Shown here one piece after another: positions 57,677-57,811 of a stretch of DNA of 57,811 bases. A program made the translations under genes and the position numbers. Position 1 is the first letter of the stretch, and the number at the start of each line of letters is the position of its first letter. The DNA lies in IMG/VR virus record IMGVR_UViG_3300044641_001974, positions 1-57,811 of that record. The stretch is one strand, 5' to 3'. The notes beneath the pieces are model-generated. The model was not told the DNA's origin, made no database searches, and saw nothing but the letters and a program-made list of their open reading frames with translations. The stretch is from a virus. Lineage: Duplodnaviria; Caudoviricetes.

Positions 57677-57811
57677 TCATGCTGATTTAATAGTTGCCTT
57701 CTGGCCAATGTAAGCACCAAAAAGCTCTGTCGGGAACTCGTTGCCTTGTTCCGTCATTTCTCGAACCCAAGCCTTGAGGGTTTGTGGCTCGATCTTTTCC
57801 GCTTGCTCGGC
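57677..57811 (-). CDS. 3' end of a conserved phage replication-module protein (truncated)
   Basis: ...IEPQTLKAWVRE...FPTELFGAYIGQKATIKSA*. Confidence 0.5.
   Translation of the reverse strand, partial: AEQAEKIEPQTLKAWVREMTEQGNEFPTELFGAYIGQKATIKSA

Noticed and set aside
1-57811. tRNA genes, inteins/introns, stop-codon reassignment, integrase
   Set aside because: No cloverleaf spotted by eye; PolA, TerL and helicase are of normal length and uninterrupted under the standard code; no integrase motif seen. tRNAscan was not run.

Overview
This window is a large part of a tailed dsDNA phage genome (Caudoviricetes). It looks podovirus-like: P22-type head-tail/ejection module, Mu-gpT-family major capsid protein, family A DNA polymerase. 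It resembles uncultured aquatic phages, and a proteobacterial host is inferred but not shown. Almost all genes lie on the minus strand. Read in transcription order (right to left): replication genes (SSB-like, primase, SF1 helicase, PolA, GNAT); about 20 small ORFs; an origin-like gap; TerS and a PD-(D/E)xK nuclease; a 6.5 kb array of small genes, most preceded by a repeated [TGTATAATAC - stem-loop - AGGAGAAATGAGAATG] element; a dense palindrome cluster; TerL; an SLT/PcfJ-like polyvalent protein; portal; GroES; scaffold and capsid; an inverted GNAT+HNH insert; small basic proteins; head-tail and tail genes; five fibre+partner gene pairs; holin and GH108 endolysin; large ejection proteins. The most unusual features are the hairpin-delimited gene-cassette array, the terminal palindrome cluster, a shared xxxGG motif across many virion proteins, and two candidate structured RNAs. 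All product calls come from motif recognition by eye; no database searches were run.
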